Source: Spirochaetia bacterium (GTDB lineage Bacteria; Spirochaetota; Spirochaetia; UBA9216). Taken from it: a stretch of DNA of 64,000 nucleotides. The position numbers and the translations under genes are program-made. The notes beneath the pieces were generated by a model. It searched no databases. It saw only the letters and a list, made by a program, of their open reading frames with translations, and was not told the origin of the DNA. Of this stretch, positions 1-9,879 are shown piece after piece. The stretch is from assembly GCA_965140585.1 (NCBI GenBank), contig OZ223269.1:64001-128000 (forward strand), read 5' to 3'. Positions within the stretch are counted from its first letter, which is position 1; each line of letters begins with the position of its first letter.

Positions 1-639
1 GATATTCCCGGATACCGGACTATTGCTCCTGATATGATTAATTTCGGACGTTCAGATCAGATTGAAGAATCGGATATTAATATTTACGCAGATTATCTGA
101 ATGGGTTTATGGATGAACTGAAAATTTCAAACTGTCTTGTTGTAGGCCATTCACTTGGCGGCCCAGTGGCTATGTCTCTGGGGCTGCGTTATCCTGATAA
201 GGTCGGGAAAATGCTTCTGATCGATTCCGGCCCCGTGGAAGGTCTTAAAACACCGGAAGAACATTACAGTGTTATTGAACTGTATAAAACCAACCGTGAT
301 ATGATAAAGACTGCAATCGCAGCAATGGTGCCAACCTGCAAGGATGAAGATATCTTGAATCTTTTGGCAGATGAAGCTATGTTAATGAATAAATTATCAT
401 ATGCGGGAAATCCCAGAGCCCTGGCGCGTGCTGATTACAGCGCTGAAGCTTCAAAATTCAAAGGGCCGGTTTTATTCATACGCGGCGCACTTGATCCTCT
501 TATCACTGAGGATATGGGAAGGCAGACAGCCCGGGCGTTTGACGGAGATTACAGAGAGATTAGTCATGTTGGCCACTCTCTTATGATTGAAGATCCTGCG
601 CTTTTCATGGAGATACTTGTTGAATTCGACGGCAGATAA
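1..639 (+). CDS. alpha/beta hydrolase, 5' partial (frame open from base 1)
   Basis: GHSLGG nucleophile elbow; acid in GALDPL; catalytic His in VGHSL; no stop upstream of ATG 34. Confidence 0.85.
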   Translation, partial: DIPGYRTIAPDMINFGRSDQIEESDINIYADYLNGFMDELKISNCLVVGHSLGGPVAMSLGLRYPDKVGKMLLIDSGPVEGLKTPEEHYSVIELYKTNRDMIKTAIAAMVPTCKDEDILNLLADEAMLMNKLSYAGNPRALARADYSAEASKFKGPVLFIRGALDPLITEDMGRQTARAFDGDYREISHVGHSLMIEDPALFMEILVEFDGR

Positions 640-1762
640 AGACAGAAAAACCATCACCAGAGAAAAACTTATAGCATCAGCGACTAAACTTTTTTCAGAG
701 AATTGGTATGATGCTATTTCAATAGCAGAGATCTGCCGTTCGGCTGAGCTGTCCAACGGTGTTTTCTACCGTTATTTTAAAAACAAGGAAGAAATATTCA
801 CTGCCATACTTGATGAGTTTCTTGAGATTCATGCAAAGCGTTTTACCCGTTTAAACGGAGATAGTGTAGAGCAGCGGCTTGTTTCTTTTTTCAGTCTTAT
901 TCTTGAAAGTAACAGCAATGACCTTGCTTATATTAATATTTTCCGTGAAGGTGAATACCGGTTTCCAGAATATGAGCGGAGACTGCGGGACATCTACCTG
1001 TCTGTTCTGAAAGCTGTATACGGCAGGGATATGAAGATAAGCGAATACCTGTACATTGTAGGCAGTATTCGTTTTCTTCTTAGACGACCCTGCTTTACAC
1101 GGGATCATGTAACGGCAGAGTTTTTGAAGGACCTTGTATATCAGGGAATATTTTCAGTTGATCCGCCGTCAAACTTTGATTTTCTGAAGGTTGATGCTCC
1201 TTCTGCCGCGGATTCAATGGATGACTGTGATACCAGAACAAAACTGATTCTGGCAGGCACGAAGCTTATTGCTGAGCACAGTTTTTATAAGGTCAATATT
1301 TATGAAATAACCCGGGCTGCAGGTTATGCGGTAGGAACTTTCTATATTTACTTCAGCAGCAAGGAAGAGTTTTTCAGGGAAGTCGTTCTGTTTTTCGGAG
1401 TACAGCTTAGAAAATATATATCCATTTATCTGTCCAGAGATCTTGGACGTATGGAAGCTGAGCTTCAGGGAATGATTATTTTTCTGAAATATTTTGAAAC
1501 ACATATACAGAATTATCAGATAGTACGGGAAGCCGAGTTTATAATCAGACCTACTGCCCGTGAATATTACAATAAATTTGAGAGCGGATACCTTAAAAAT
1601 CTTACAGAACTTCGTGTAGAGGATAAGGTCATTGCCTCTAACTTTCTTATCGGTATAGCACATTTTCTTGGTATTGAATTTTATTTCAGCGGAAATATAG
1701 AAGATCCTGTTGAAGTTGTGAAAGAACTCGCAGGACCTATGTGCAGCGGCCTTAAAAGCTGA
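620..1762 (+). CDS. tandem (double) TetR/AcrR-family transcriptional regulator
   Basis: Two TetR HTH motifs (SIAEICRSAELSNGVFYRYFKNKEEIF; NIYEITRAAGYAVGTFYIYFSSKEEFF); GGAG 7 nt before TTG 620 (ORF track starts at 587). Confidence 0.85.
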   Translation: MNSTADKDRKTITREKLIASATKLFSENWYDAISIAEICRSAELSNGVFYRYFKNKEEIFTAILDEFLEIHAKRFTRLNGDSVEQRLVSFFSLILESNSNDLAYINIFREGEYRFPEYERRLRDIYLSVLKAVYGRDMKISEYLYIVGSIRFLLRRPCFTRDHVTAEFLKDLVYQGIFSVDPPSNFDFLKVDAPSAADSMDDCDTRTKLILAGTKLIAEHSFYKVNIYEITRAAGYAVGTFYIYFSSKEEFFREVVLFFGVQLRKYISIYLSRDLGRMEAELQGMIIFLKYFETHIQNYQIVREAEFIIRPTAREYYNKFESGYLKNLTELRVEDKVIASNFLIGIAHFLGIEFYFSGNIEDPVEVVKELAGPMCSGLKS

Positions 1763-1777
1763 TATGCATATAAAAAC

Positions 1778-1806
1778 TTGACATATGGAATTTATAGCCT
1801 TAAAAT
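1778..1806 (+). promoter_or_regulatory. sigma70-type promoter
   Basis: TTGACA(1778-83)-17 nt-TAAAAT(1801-06). Confidence 0.8.
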
Positions 1807-1837
1807 GAGAGGTGATTCATGCATAATTGGAGGTACT

Positions 1838-3157
1838 ATGACAAAGTGGGAAGATGAATATAAGAAAAAATTTAAATCAATCGAAGAAGCTGTTAAAACA
1901 TTACCGCGTAAAGCTACAGTAATCGTTGGAATGGCCGCTATGGAAGCCCAGGGCTTTCTTACACAGGTTCATAAATATGAGGATAATTTTGATTTTCTGA
2001 AGGTAGGTTCCTGTCTTAATCTTGGAGACTTTCCGTTCTGTCAAGAAAAAAAATACGAAGGTAAATTCTGCAATGACAACTGGTTTTTCGGCCCGTCAAC
2101 CAGAAAAGCTGCGAAACTCGGTTATAAAATTGTTGATTATATGCCTAACAACCTCCACCGGGCAGGACTTGAAAAGGCAATGGCCGAGAAAGAAGAGGGC
2201 AACTACCTTGTCTTCTGGGGCGCGGTGACTCCGATGCAGGCTAAATCCGGTTATTTCAACCTCGGTATTTCTAATGTCTATGAACATGAAGTAATGGCAC
2301 TGGCCGATAAAATAATTCTTGAAGTAAACCCGCGAGTTCCTTACATGCATGGTGAAACCCAGGTTCATATATCCCAGGTTGATGCGATAGTTGAATATGA
2401 AAATCCGCTTCCCACCATACCTATTCCCCAGCCCAGTGAAACTGAGGAACAGATTGCCGCGCATATTGCAGAACTTGTCGGTGACGGCTCGACTCTTCAG
2501 ATTGGTATCGGAGGAATTCCAAATGCGGTTGCAAAACTGCTAAAGGGTAAAAAGGATCTGGGAATCCATACCGAAATGTTTACTGAATCGATGATCGAAC
2601 TCTTTGAGGATGGTGTGGTAACAAACCTTCGGAAGAATTTCTGGCCTGGCAAGTTTGTATGTACTTTTGCAATGGGAACCCAGAATATGTATGACTGGAT
2701 AGATAATAACCCCGGTGTTCTTCTGCTTAAAGGGAGTTATGTGAATAATCCTTATGTTATTGCACAGAATGACAACATGATAAGTATAAATACCGCGCTT
2801 TCAGTTGATATGACAGGACAGGTTTGTTCCGAGTCTATCGGTACGACCCAGTTCTCGGGTACCGGAGGACAGCTTGATACTCACCGTGGAGCAGTTATGA
2901 GCAAGAATGGTAAAGGAATTATAGCCCTGCGTTCAACAGCCAAAGGCGGAACAATTTCCACCATTACACCAACCCTCACACCAGGTTCGATAGTTTCAGT
3001 ACCAAGACACGATATTGACTATGTTGTAACAGAGTACGGTGTAGCTCACCTGAGAGGACGTACCGTAAGCTCCAGAACAAGGCAGCTTATTGAAATTGCC
3101 CATCCCGATTTCAGGGAGGAACTGAGCGGACAGGCCAGAGCGATGGGATTTATCTAA
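1838..3157 (+). CDS. acetyl-CoA hydrolase / 4-hydroxybutyrate CoA-transferase family protein
   Basis: LQIGIGGIP, GIHTEM (catalytic Glu), SGTGGQLD, VTEYG motifs; GGAGG before ATG 1838. Confidence 0.9.
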   Translation: MTKWEDEYKKKFKSIEEAVKTLPRKATVIVGMAAMEAQGFLTQVHKYEDNFDFLKVGSCLNLGDFPFCQEKKYEGKFCNDNWFFGPSTRKAAKLGYKIVDYMPNNLHRAGLEKAMAEKEEGNYLVFWGAVTPMQAKSGYFNLGISNVYEHEVMALADKIILEVNPRVPYMHGETQVHISQVDAIVEYENPLPTIPIPQPSETEEQIAAHIAELVGDGSTLQIGIGGIPNAVAKLLKGKKDLGIHTEMFTESMIELFEDGVVTNLRKNFWPGKFVCTFAMGTQNMYDWIDNNPGVLLLKGSYVNNPYVIAQNDNMISINTALSVDMTGQVCSESIGTTQFSGTGGQLDTHRGAVMSKNGKGIIALRSTAKGGTISTITPTLTPGSIVSVPRHDIDYVVTEYGVAHLRGRTVSSRTRQLIEIAHPDFREELSGQARAMGFI

Positions 3158-3186
3158 ATTAACACCAATATATAATAAATTATATA

Positions 3187-3215
3187 TTGTCGTCATCCTG
3201 ATGAAGTAGTATATT
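3187..3215 (+). promoter_or_regulatory. sigma70-type promoter, probably leaderless
   Basis: TTGTCG-17-TATATT, 6 nt before ATG 3222, no SD. Confidence 0.55.
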
Positions 3216-3221
3216 CATAAT

Positions 3222-3851
3222 ATGAAAAAGCACTTTATCGGGATATTTTTTATTGTTACATCTCTGATTTTAACTTCCACAGCCTGTAGTGCAGGGAAGA
3301 CTGAAACAGCGGAACCTTCAACTGAAACTCCTGCAGCAGCAGAATCATCTGAACCTAAAACCGCAGATGATGATGGATCACAGGCTCTTTACCCGCCTGA
3401 CGGATGGGTAACAGATATACGTGAAGCTTATAAAACTGCAATGGCTGAAGATAAATCAATTCTTGTTGATTTTACCGGTTCTGACTGGTGTGTCTGGTGC
3501 AAGAAACTAAGCGCAGAAGTTTTCACAACCGAGGAGTTCAAAGCATATGCTGATGAGAACCTCGTCCTTCTGTTTCTTGATTTTCCGAATACTTTTGAAC
3601 TTCCTGAAGAGCAAGTTCAGCACAACCAGATACTGGCCCAGATGCTTGAAGTTCAGGGCTATCCGACAATATGGCTGCTTGAAAAAGATCTAACTCCTGT
3701 TATGGTTACCGGCTACCGTGAAGGAGGTGCCGCTGAATACATAAGACACCTTAAAGAGGATATGCCCGATATTGATGAAGAGCAGAAAGCATCATTCCGT
3801 GACGGTTTTACAAGTGCTATAGAGGAATATATCGGGGCACTTGAAAGCTGA
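3222..3851 (+). CDS. exported thioredoxin-fold lipoprotein (DsbH-like)
   Basis: Signal ending LTSTAC; FTGSDWCVWC active site; cis-Pro in GYPT. Confidence 0.8.
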   Translation: MKKHFIGIFFIVTSLILTSTACSAGKTETAEPSTETPAAAESSEPKTADDDGSQALYPPDGWVTDIREAYKTAMAEDKSILVDFTGSDWCVWCKKLSAEVFTTEEFKAYADENLVLLFLDFPNTFELPEEQVQHNQILAQMLEVQGYPTIWLLEKDLTPVMVTGYREGGAAEYIRHLKEDMPDIDEEQKASFRDGFTSAIEEYIGALES

Positions 3852-3874
3852 AAAAAATAATCTAACTTGACATG

Positions 3875-3911
3875 AAAAGCTGTATATACATTATATACGG
3901 CTTTTTTTTTT
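3875..3911 (+). terminator. rho-independent terminator
   Basis: AAAAGCTGTATATA-cat-TATATACGGC followed by a T run. Confidence 0.7.
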
Positions 3912-3982
3912 AGGAAAAACGATTTACTATATTTCGATCTGATTTTCAGACAGTTAAGAAACTTTATTTTTTGGAGAATTAA

Positions 3983-4486
3983 ATGAAAAAAGCGTTACTT
4001 GTTATGCTGCTTCTTTCAGTTGCAGTTGCCGGTCAGCTATTTGCTGAGGATGTAGATTTCACTTTTGACACAGACTTTAATGCACCGGGGCAGATAAATG
4101 CGAATGTAACTGTTGGTTGGGGCGGTGGACTTGCTGCAGCAGCTGGAGCTGAATATATCGTAGGTATCATCGATATTGAAGATTTTCCGCTGGAATGGGG
4201 AGTTGCCGCAAGAGCTGTAATGGATTTCGGCTTTTTCAGCGGATTTGATTTTGGTGTAGGCGGGCTTGGTACTCTTCACAAGGGATTCAGTCTTGGTGAA
4301 GGCCTTGATTTTGATTTCAACATTGGTCTCGGTCTCGGATATTATACCACTTCCGGCTTTCCTGTAGGATTTGCACATATTGAACAGCTTGCATGGTTGA
4401 TGAATGAAAATATGTGGGTTTTTCTTGAAAATACCAGCGTAGGCAGTGCATACTGCAGCGGTATCGGCGTCAGATTTGCACTGTAG
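3983..4486 (+). CDS. small exported, probable outer-membrane beta-barrel protein
   Basis: Signal peptide, Gly/aromatic-rich amphipathic strands, C-terminal GIGVRFAL. Confidence 0.6.
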   Translation: MKKALLVMLLLSVAVAGQLFAEDVDFTFDTDFNAPGQINANVTVGWGGGLAAAAGAEYIVGIIDIEDFPLEWGVAARAVMDFGFFSGFDFGVGGLGTLHKGFSLGEGLDFDFNIGLGLGYYTTSGFPVGFAHIEQLAWLMNENMWVFLENTSVGSAYCSGIGVRFAL

Positions 4487-4524
4487 GGCTGTCAGACGTA
4501 ATTCACAGATAAATCTGTAATCTG

Positions 4525-4552
4525 AAAAATCCCCTGAAAAGGGGATTTTTTT
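4525..4552 (+). terminator. rho-independent terminator
   Basis: AAAAATCCCCT-gaaa-AGGGGATTTTTTT. Confidence 0.8.
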
Positions 4553-4590
4553 ATGGTAGTATGGAATTAGATTAAAACCTGGAGAAACTG

Positions 4591-5643
4591 ATGGCCGGAT
4601 ATTCAGACCTTGCAAAAACACTTTCATGGAAGGATGGAACACTTACAATTATTGATCAGACAAAACTTCCTCTTGAGCTTGTAAATGAACCTCAGCAGAG
4701 TATTGAGCAGGTTTGGGATTCCATTAAAAAACTGAAGGTCAGGGGAGCTCCCGCAATAGGTGTGGCCGGCGCTTACGGTCTTCTCTACGGTGCACGCGAT
4801 GTCCTTAATAACTCCACTGAAATTTTTATCGAGAAGCTGAAGGAAAAAGCCGCATACCTTGATTCCTCAAGGCCAACCGCTGTGAATCTAAGCTGGGGAC
4901 TTAAGCGGATGGTCGAAAAAGCGGAATCATGTGATGGCTTGAACCCTGAGCAGATATATGAGGTGCTTGAGCAGGAAGCGATAGCCATCCATAAGGAAGA
5001 TACCGAACTCTGCTTCGGCATCGGCAGAAATGGAAAAAGCCTTATCAGGGATGGAATGGGAGTTCTGACACACTGCAATGCCGGCCATCTCTGTGCCTCA
5101 CAGCTGGGAACAGCTACTGCTCCGATGTATCTTGCTCATGAGGATGGTGTTGAATTCAAGGTATATGCAGATGAAACAAGACCTCTCCTGCAGGGAGCAA
5201 GATTGACAGCCTGGGAGCTTCAGCAGGCAGGCCTTGATGCTACGCTTATCTGTGATAATATGGCAGCTTATATGATGTCGAAGGGATTCATAAACCTTGT
5301 TATTGTCGGAACAGACAGGGTTGCCGCTAATGGAGATACTGCAAATAAAATCGGAACAATGGGAGTGGCAATTCTTGCCTCCCACTTTAACATACCCTTT
5401 TATGTTGCCTGCCCCTCATCAACCTTTGACCTGGAGACCCCTAACGGAGAAGGGATAGTTATAGAGGAACGCGATCCAGATGAAGTTACCAGTTTCGGCG
5501 CCAGACGTACCGGGCCTGAGGGGATTCAGGTAAGAAACCCCGCCTTTGATGTTACTCCCAACAATCTGATTACGGGGTTTATTACAGAAAACGGAATTGT
5601 AAATCCGCCTTTTAAAGAAAATCTGCTCAGCAATTTCCGCTGA
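4591..5643 (+). CDS. mtnA: S-methyl-5-thioribose-1-phosphate isomerase
   Basis: IDQTKLP, VRGAPAIG, RPTAVNL, LTHCNAG, ETRPLLQGARLT, NKIGT, NPAFDVTP. Confidence 0.95.
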   Translation: MAGYSDLAKTLSWKDGTLTIIDQTKLPLELVNEPQQSIEQVWDSIKKLKVRGAPAIGVAGAYGLLYGARDVLNNSTEIFIEKLKEKAAYLDSSRPTAVNLSWGLKRMVEKAESCDGLNPEQIYEVLEQEAIAIHKEDTELCFGIGRNGKSLIRDGMGVLTHCNAGHLCASQLGTATAPMYLAHEDGVEFKVYADETRPLLQGARLTAWELQQAGLDATLICDNMAAYMMSKGFINLVIVGTDRVAANGDTANKIGTMGVAILASHFNIPFYVACPSSTFDLETPNGEGIVIEERDPDEVTSFGARRTGPEGIQVRNPAFDVTPNNLITGFITENGIVNPPFKENLLSNFR

Positions 5644-6541
5644 GCCAATCGGCAAATATCTTATAAACCTCGGTTCTGTTTGTTTCATTAAGGCTTTCAT
5701 GCCTACCGCCGGGATTCAGCACCATTTCTGCTTTGGAATGGCCTGTATTCTTATACATTTCAAATACCTTTTGAACACCGGCTCCGTTTCCTCCAACCGG
5801 ATCCTTTTCGCCTGAATACAGGAGTATCGGCAGTTCGGCCGGAGTCTTTCTGAAAGTCTGCTCATTTGAAATTATATCAAGGCCTTCAGCGAAATCCACA
5901 TAGAATCCGGCAGTTGCGACAAATCCGCAATACGGATCAGCCACATACAGATCCACCTGTTTTTCATCCCTGCTCAGCCACTCAAAACCCGTCCTGCCCG
6001 GATTGAACTGTTTGTTGTTTCCTCCGAAAGCAAGCTTATCTATCAGTTTGGCTTTGGCTTTTGAACCCTGAAAAGCCTTCTGCATTTTTGCGATCATTCG
6101 TAAGGGGGCGGTCTGGGAACTCTCAAACCATCCGGTTCCCGAAAGTATTACTCTGTCTATATTGTCAGGATTATCCGCGACCAGGTTTCGGGCAATAAAT
6201 GAACCCATGCTGTGGCCTATAATAAAAAATGGTAAATCAGGGTAATCTTTTCTCAGCTTATTGCCGAGCTGAACATTATCATCGACCATCTTCTGCCATC
6301 CATCAGCCTGTGCCAGCCAGCCGGCATTTTCAAGTGATCCGGCCGTTTTTCCATGCCCCCTGTGATCTTCACCGGCAACAACAAATCCCCTTGAATTAAG
6401 GTATTGTGCAAACTCATTATAGCGGCTGATTTGTTCCGCCATTCCGTGAATTATCTGTACAACAGCAGTCGGGGAGGGGCACTCCCATATTGATGCGTAA
6501 ATTTCAGTACCGTCAAGAGCAGTGAATCCATAGTCTTTCAT
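5627..6541 (-). CDS. alpha/beta hydrolase (lysophospholipase/PldB-like)
   Basis: IIHGMAE, DHRGHG, GHSMGS, DPVG, RHE. Confidence 0.88.
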   Translation of the reverse strand: MKDYGFTALDGTEIYASIWECPSPTAVVQIIHGMAEQISRYNEFAQYLNSRGFVVAGEDHRGHGKTAGSLENAGWLAQADGWQKMVDDNVQLGNKLRKDYPDLPFFIIGHSMGSFIARNLVADNPDNIDRVILSGTGWFESSQTAPLRMIAKMQKAFQGSKAKAKLIDKLAFGGNNKQFNPGRTGFEWLSRDEKQVDLYVADPYCGFVATAGFYVDFAEGLDIISNEQTFRKTPAELPILLYSGEKDPVGGNGAGVQKVFEMYKNTGHSKAEMVLNPGGRHESLNETNRTEVYKIFADWLSGNC

Positions 6542-6583
6542 ATTGCACGAACCTCCTGAATAATTATATCATGGCTCCAGCAT

Positions 6584-7207
6584 ATGTATAACGAAGATTT
6601 ATGTAAAACAGCAGTGATACTTGCCGGAGGGAAAAGCCGCAGAGCAGGTTTTGACAAACAGCAGCTGCTAATCAAGGGTATGCCCGCTGCTGTTTATATA
6701 GGGAAGAATCTTGAAGTTATTTTCCCTGAAATCCTGATAGTATCCAATACACCGGAACTGTACTCTGACTGGGATTTTCAGGTTATAAGCGATACTGTAA
6801 GAAACTACGGACCGGCAGGCGGGCTGTATTCGGCCTTGAAATATCTTGATAAACCTGTTTTTTTAACGGCATGTGATATGCCATATGTTTCTCCTCAGTT
6901 TATCAAATTTATAATTAACAATTTTTCCAACTCAGGGATAGATATTTTATCCAGTTCCGATTCAATGAACCGGCCCGAGCCTTTTAATTCAATATACAGC
7001 AATTCCATAACTGCGGCCCTCTTGGAGTTTATAGAAAATGGCGGGCGGGGTCTTGCAGCCTTTCATAAAATAGTAAAAACGAACTACCTGCCTTATAAAG
7101 AGATCAATAAACTTACAAATGCCTGGGAAGCGTTCACAAATCTAAATTCTGCTGAAGAAATTAAAGAGTTTTTGAATAAAAACAGTGATATAACTGTAGA
7201 TAAATGA
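6584..7207 (+). CDS. mobA: molybdenum cofactor guanylyltransferase (MobA-like)
   Basis: ILAGGKSRR, GPAGG, ACDMP, FTNLNS. Confidence 0.8.
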   Translation: MYNEDLCKTAVILAGGKSRRAGFDKQQLLIKGMPAAVYIGKNLEVIFPEILIVSNTPELYSDWDFQVISDTVRNYGPAGGLYSALKYLDKPVFLTACDMPYVSPQFIKFIINNFSNSGIDILSSSDSMNRPEPFNSIYSNSITAALLEFIENGGRGLAAFHKIVKTNYLPYKEINKLTNAWEAFTNLNSAEEIKEFLNKNSDITVDK

Positions 7208-7228
7208 AACTGAAATACCGGAGGACTA

Positions 7229-8083
7229 ATGCGGGAAAACGCGGAATTTATCAGAAAGAACCTGAGTCGAAAAAAGCTGGAACAGATTTCCACTACCGTA
7301 ATAAATGCATACAAGGCTGGTGATGATGTGTTCATCAGCTCTGCTGCAGGAACAATTGGAATTAATACTGAGGGAAAAAGCCGAAAAACCCTTTTCTACA
7401 CTCTAATAAAAGCGGTTCATCCTGACCGCTTCTCGGCTCTGTTGAATGAATTTGAGACTGCATGCCGTAAATCAGACACCGGCCGCCTGTCAGCCATCAG
7501 GAAACTGCTTGAGCTGAAGCTCAGGGTAGCTGAAGAGCGGCAGAAACGTTTTGACTTTGATTATTCAGAAGTGTTTTATAATGACGCCGATGCATCAATG
7601 GGGTTTAGTTCTGATGAAGATGAGTACTACGATTCTGATTTTGCAGATAATGATTTTATTGCCGCAGTGAAATCTGAAATTTTCGGAAATCATCCGTATC
7701 CTGTCGATGCTTCGGATCTGGGGCAGATTGATGGTGTTCTGGATGTTTCCGGCTACGGATTTGAAGATACTGAGGGGCTTGAATACTGCCGAAATGTCAG
7801 GATACTGAATATTTCGGGAAATGACATATATAACATTCATGACCTGGCTGAACTTCATCAGCTGGAAGAACTTTATGCCGCTTCAAACCGGATTTCAGAC
7901 CTTTCCCCCCTGACCGGGATGGATTTTCTGGAGATTATCGAGCTTTCCGACAACGATATTGAGGATATCAGTCCATTGCTTAATCTCGCAAAACTTAGGT
8001 TTGTTAACCTCATTGGCAACCCTGTGTCCGACAGGGGATTGATTGAAAAGCTTCGTGAGCAGAAAGTTATAGTTATTTTTTAA
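7229..8083 (+). CDS. leucine-rich repeat protein with an N-terminal helical domain carrying an HPD motif
   Basis: Internalin-like LRRs (LNISGNDI, LYAASNRISDLSPL, IELSDNDIEDISPL, LIGNPV); LIKAVHPDRF; acidic linker. Confidence 0.75.
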   Translation: MRENAEFIRKNLSRKKLEQISTTVINAYKAGDDVFISSAAGTIGINTEGKSRKTLFYTLIKAVHPDRFSALLNEFETACRKSDTGRLSAIRKLLELKLRVAEERQKRFDFDYSEVFYNDADASMGFSSDEDEYYDSDFADNDFIAAVKSEIFGNHPYPVDASDLGQIDGVLDVSGYGFEDTEGLEYCRNVRILNISGNDIYNIHDLAELHQLEELYAASNRISDLSPLTGMDFLEIIELSDNDIEDISPLLNLAKLRFVNLIGNPVSDRGLIEKLREQKVIVIF

Positions 8084-8149
8084 ATGGATGACGAAAAAAC
8101 CACTAAGTGTTATAGTATGAATGGATTAATTTGAATATAGGAATGATAT

Positions 8150-9730
8150 ATGTTGTTTTTTAATACTGCAGGACCTGTCAACTTTGAAGATCATTATGCT
8201 GTGAACCTGCTTGATAGACCACAGGTTAAAGATATTTTACGTTTAATTGAACAGAAAAAATACTTTGTGCTTCATGCACCAAGGCAGACCGGTAAAACCA
8301 GCCTTCTGCTTGCTATTGCAAATGAACTAAATAAAAAGGGTGATGTAAAAGCCCTTTATCTCAATGTTGAACCCTCGGTCCTCTACCTTGATAACCCGGG
8401 TGAGTGTTTTAAAAGTATTATATTCGAACTGGCTTCCAGAGCGAGAGACTATCTTGATGACTCATATCCGGAAGAGAAGGGGCTTGAGCTTCTTCAGCAA
8501 AAGGGGCCGGGATTCGCGCTTAATGAGCTACTTACCCTCTGGTCCAAGAACTCTGAAAAACCTATCGTCCTGCTTATTGACGAGGTAGATAAGCTTGAAG
8601 GAGATGTTCTGGCCTCTTTTCTAAAGCAGCTTAGGGCCGGATTCGACAAGCGCCCGAAACTTTTTCCCCAGAGTATAATCCTATGCGGTGTAGAGGATAT
8701 CAGGTACAAGATTGTTCAAAAGGATGAGGACAAGGATATTACCGGCGGAGATCTCTTCAATATTGAAGCTAAATCAATCGAGCTTTCAACACTGACTCAG
8801 CCTGAAATTGAAAATGTCCTGAAGGATCTTAAAAAAGACCGGGATATAGACTTCAGCGAAGATGCAGCAAAGCGTCTTTATGAAATAACAAGAGGCCAGC
8901 CATGGCTAGTTAATGCTATTGCCTACGAAATAGTCGAAGAAATGGTTCCCCGAAAGGCTAACATCAAGAAGATCACGAAGATCGAGGTTGATGAAGCCAT
9001 GGAAAACATCATTCAGAGACAGGAAATCCATATAAAATCACTGATGGACAGACTTAAGGAAGACCGTGTAAGAAAGGTCATTACTCCTATTCTTATCGGT
9101 TCAGACTTTCCGGAGGAACTAAGTGATGATGATTTAAGATATCTGACTGAACTTGGAATAATTCAGCTTAACAACTCGGGCATGATCGATATTGCCAACC
9201 CGATATATCATGAAATCATCCCCCGTGCCCTTGTTAATCCGACCAAGCGTATAATCAGATACGATCTGGCCAATTACCTTGATGAAAATGCGAATCTTAA
9301 CATCCATGAAATTATGAGGACTTTCCAGCCCTTCTTCAGAAAGCATGCACCAAGCTGGAATGAGCAGTTCCTCTACCGTGAAGCCGGTTCACATCTTTTT
9401 CTACAGGCTTATCTGCAGAGAATTATTGACGGTGGCGGAAGTATAACCCGTTACTACGGGATCTCCAGGAACCAGATAAGTCTTGTACTTAACTGGCCGC
9501 ATGGAATGGAGGATCAGACCTTCATAGTTTCTTCCCGCGATATAAGCTCATCAGTAAAATCTACCATGAACGCGGCTGTGCCGTTTCTTCAGGAAGAGAT
9601 GAAGGAACATGGTCTTACTAACGGCCATCTGGTTCTTTTTTATCCGATGGGAATGAAATCATATGAAAGAAAAGCCTTCCATCAGGTCAGCAAATTCGAC
9701 GGCGGTGAAATTGAAATCTGGGGTATGTAG
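8150..9730 (+). CDS. AAA-like P-loop ATPase with a degenerate C-terminal PD-(D/E)xK-like domain
   Basis: FNTAGP, Walker A APRQTGKTS, Walker B LLIDEVD, GQPWLVN. Confidence 0.8.
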   Translation: MLFFNTAGPVNFEDHYAVNLLDRPQVKDILRLIEQKKYFVLHAPRQTGKTSLLLAIANELNKKGDVKALYLNVEPSVLYLDNPGECFKSIIFELASRARDYLDDSYPEEKGLELLQQKGPGFALNELLTLWSKNSEKPIVLLIDEVDKLEGDVLASFLKQLRAGFDKRPKLFPQSIILCGVEDIRYKIVQKDEDKDITGGDLFNIEAKSIELSTLTQPEIENVLKDLKKDRDIDFSEDAAKRLYEITRGQPWLVNAIAYEIVEEMVPRKANIKKITKIEVDEAMENIIQRQEIHIKSLMDRLKEDRVRKVITPILIGSDFPEELSDDDLRYLTELGIIQLNNSGMIDIANPIYHEIIPRALVNPTKRIIRYDLANYLDENANLNIHEIMRTFQPFFRKHAPSWNEQFLYREAGSHLFLQAYLQRIIDGGGSITRYYGISRNQISLVLNWPHGMEDQTFIVSSRDISSSVKSTMNAAVPFLQEEMKEHGLTNGHLVLFYPMGMKSYERKAFHQVSKFDGGEIEIWGM

Positions 9731-9844
9731 ACCCGAGATTGATATTCATTATCTGTATTAATTAGAGATGACGGGGAATCCCCACGGTGTTCCCTTTTTT
9801 ATTACATGGCTGCAGCTATAAATCCAGGTTATAGGCTGATTTTC

Positions 9845-9873
9845 TTGCAAATTCCCCTCTGATAAAATATATT
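9845..9873 (+). promoter_or_regulatory. sigma70-type promoter, probably leaderless
   Basis: TTGCAA-17-TATATT, 6 nt before ATG 9880. Confidence 0.6.
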
Positions 9874-9879
9874 TGTTGT

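Noticed and set aside
4037-4642. Long antisense or alternate-frame ORFs (also 38771-39403, 58200-58730, 59632-60282 and others)
   Set aside because: They are shadows of well-supported genes, with no recognisable motifs or start signals.
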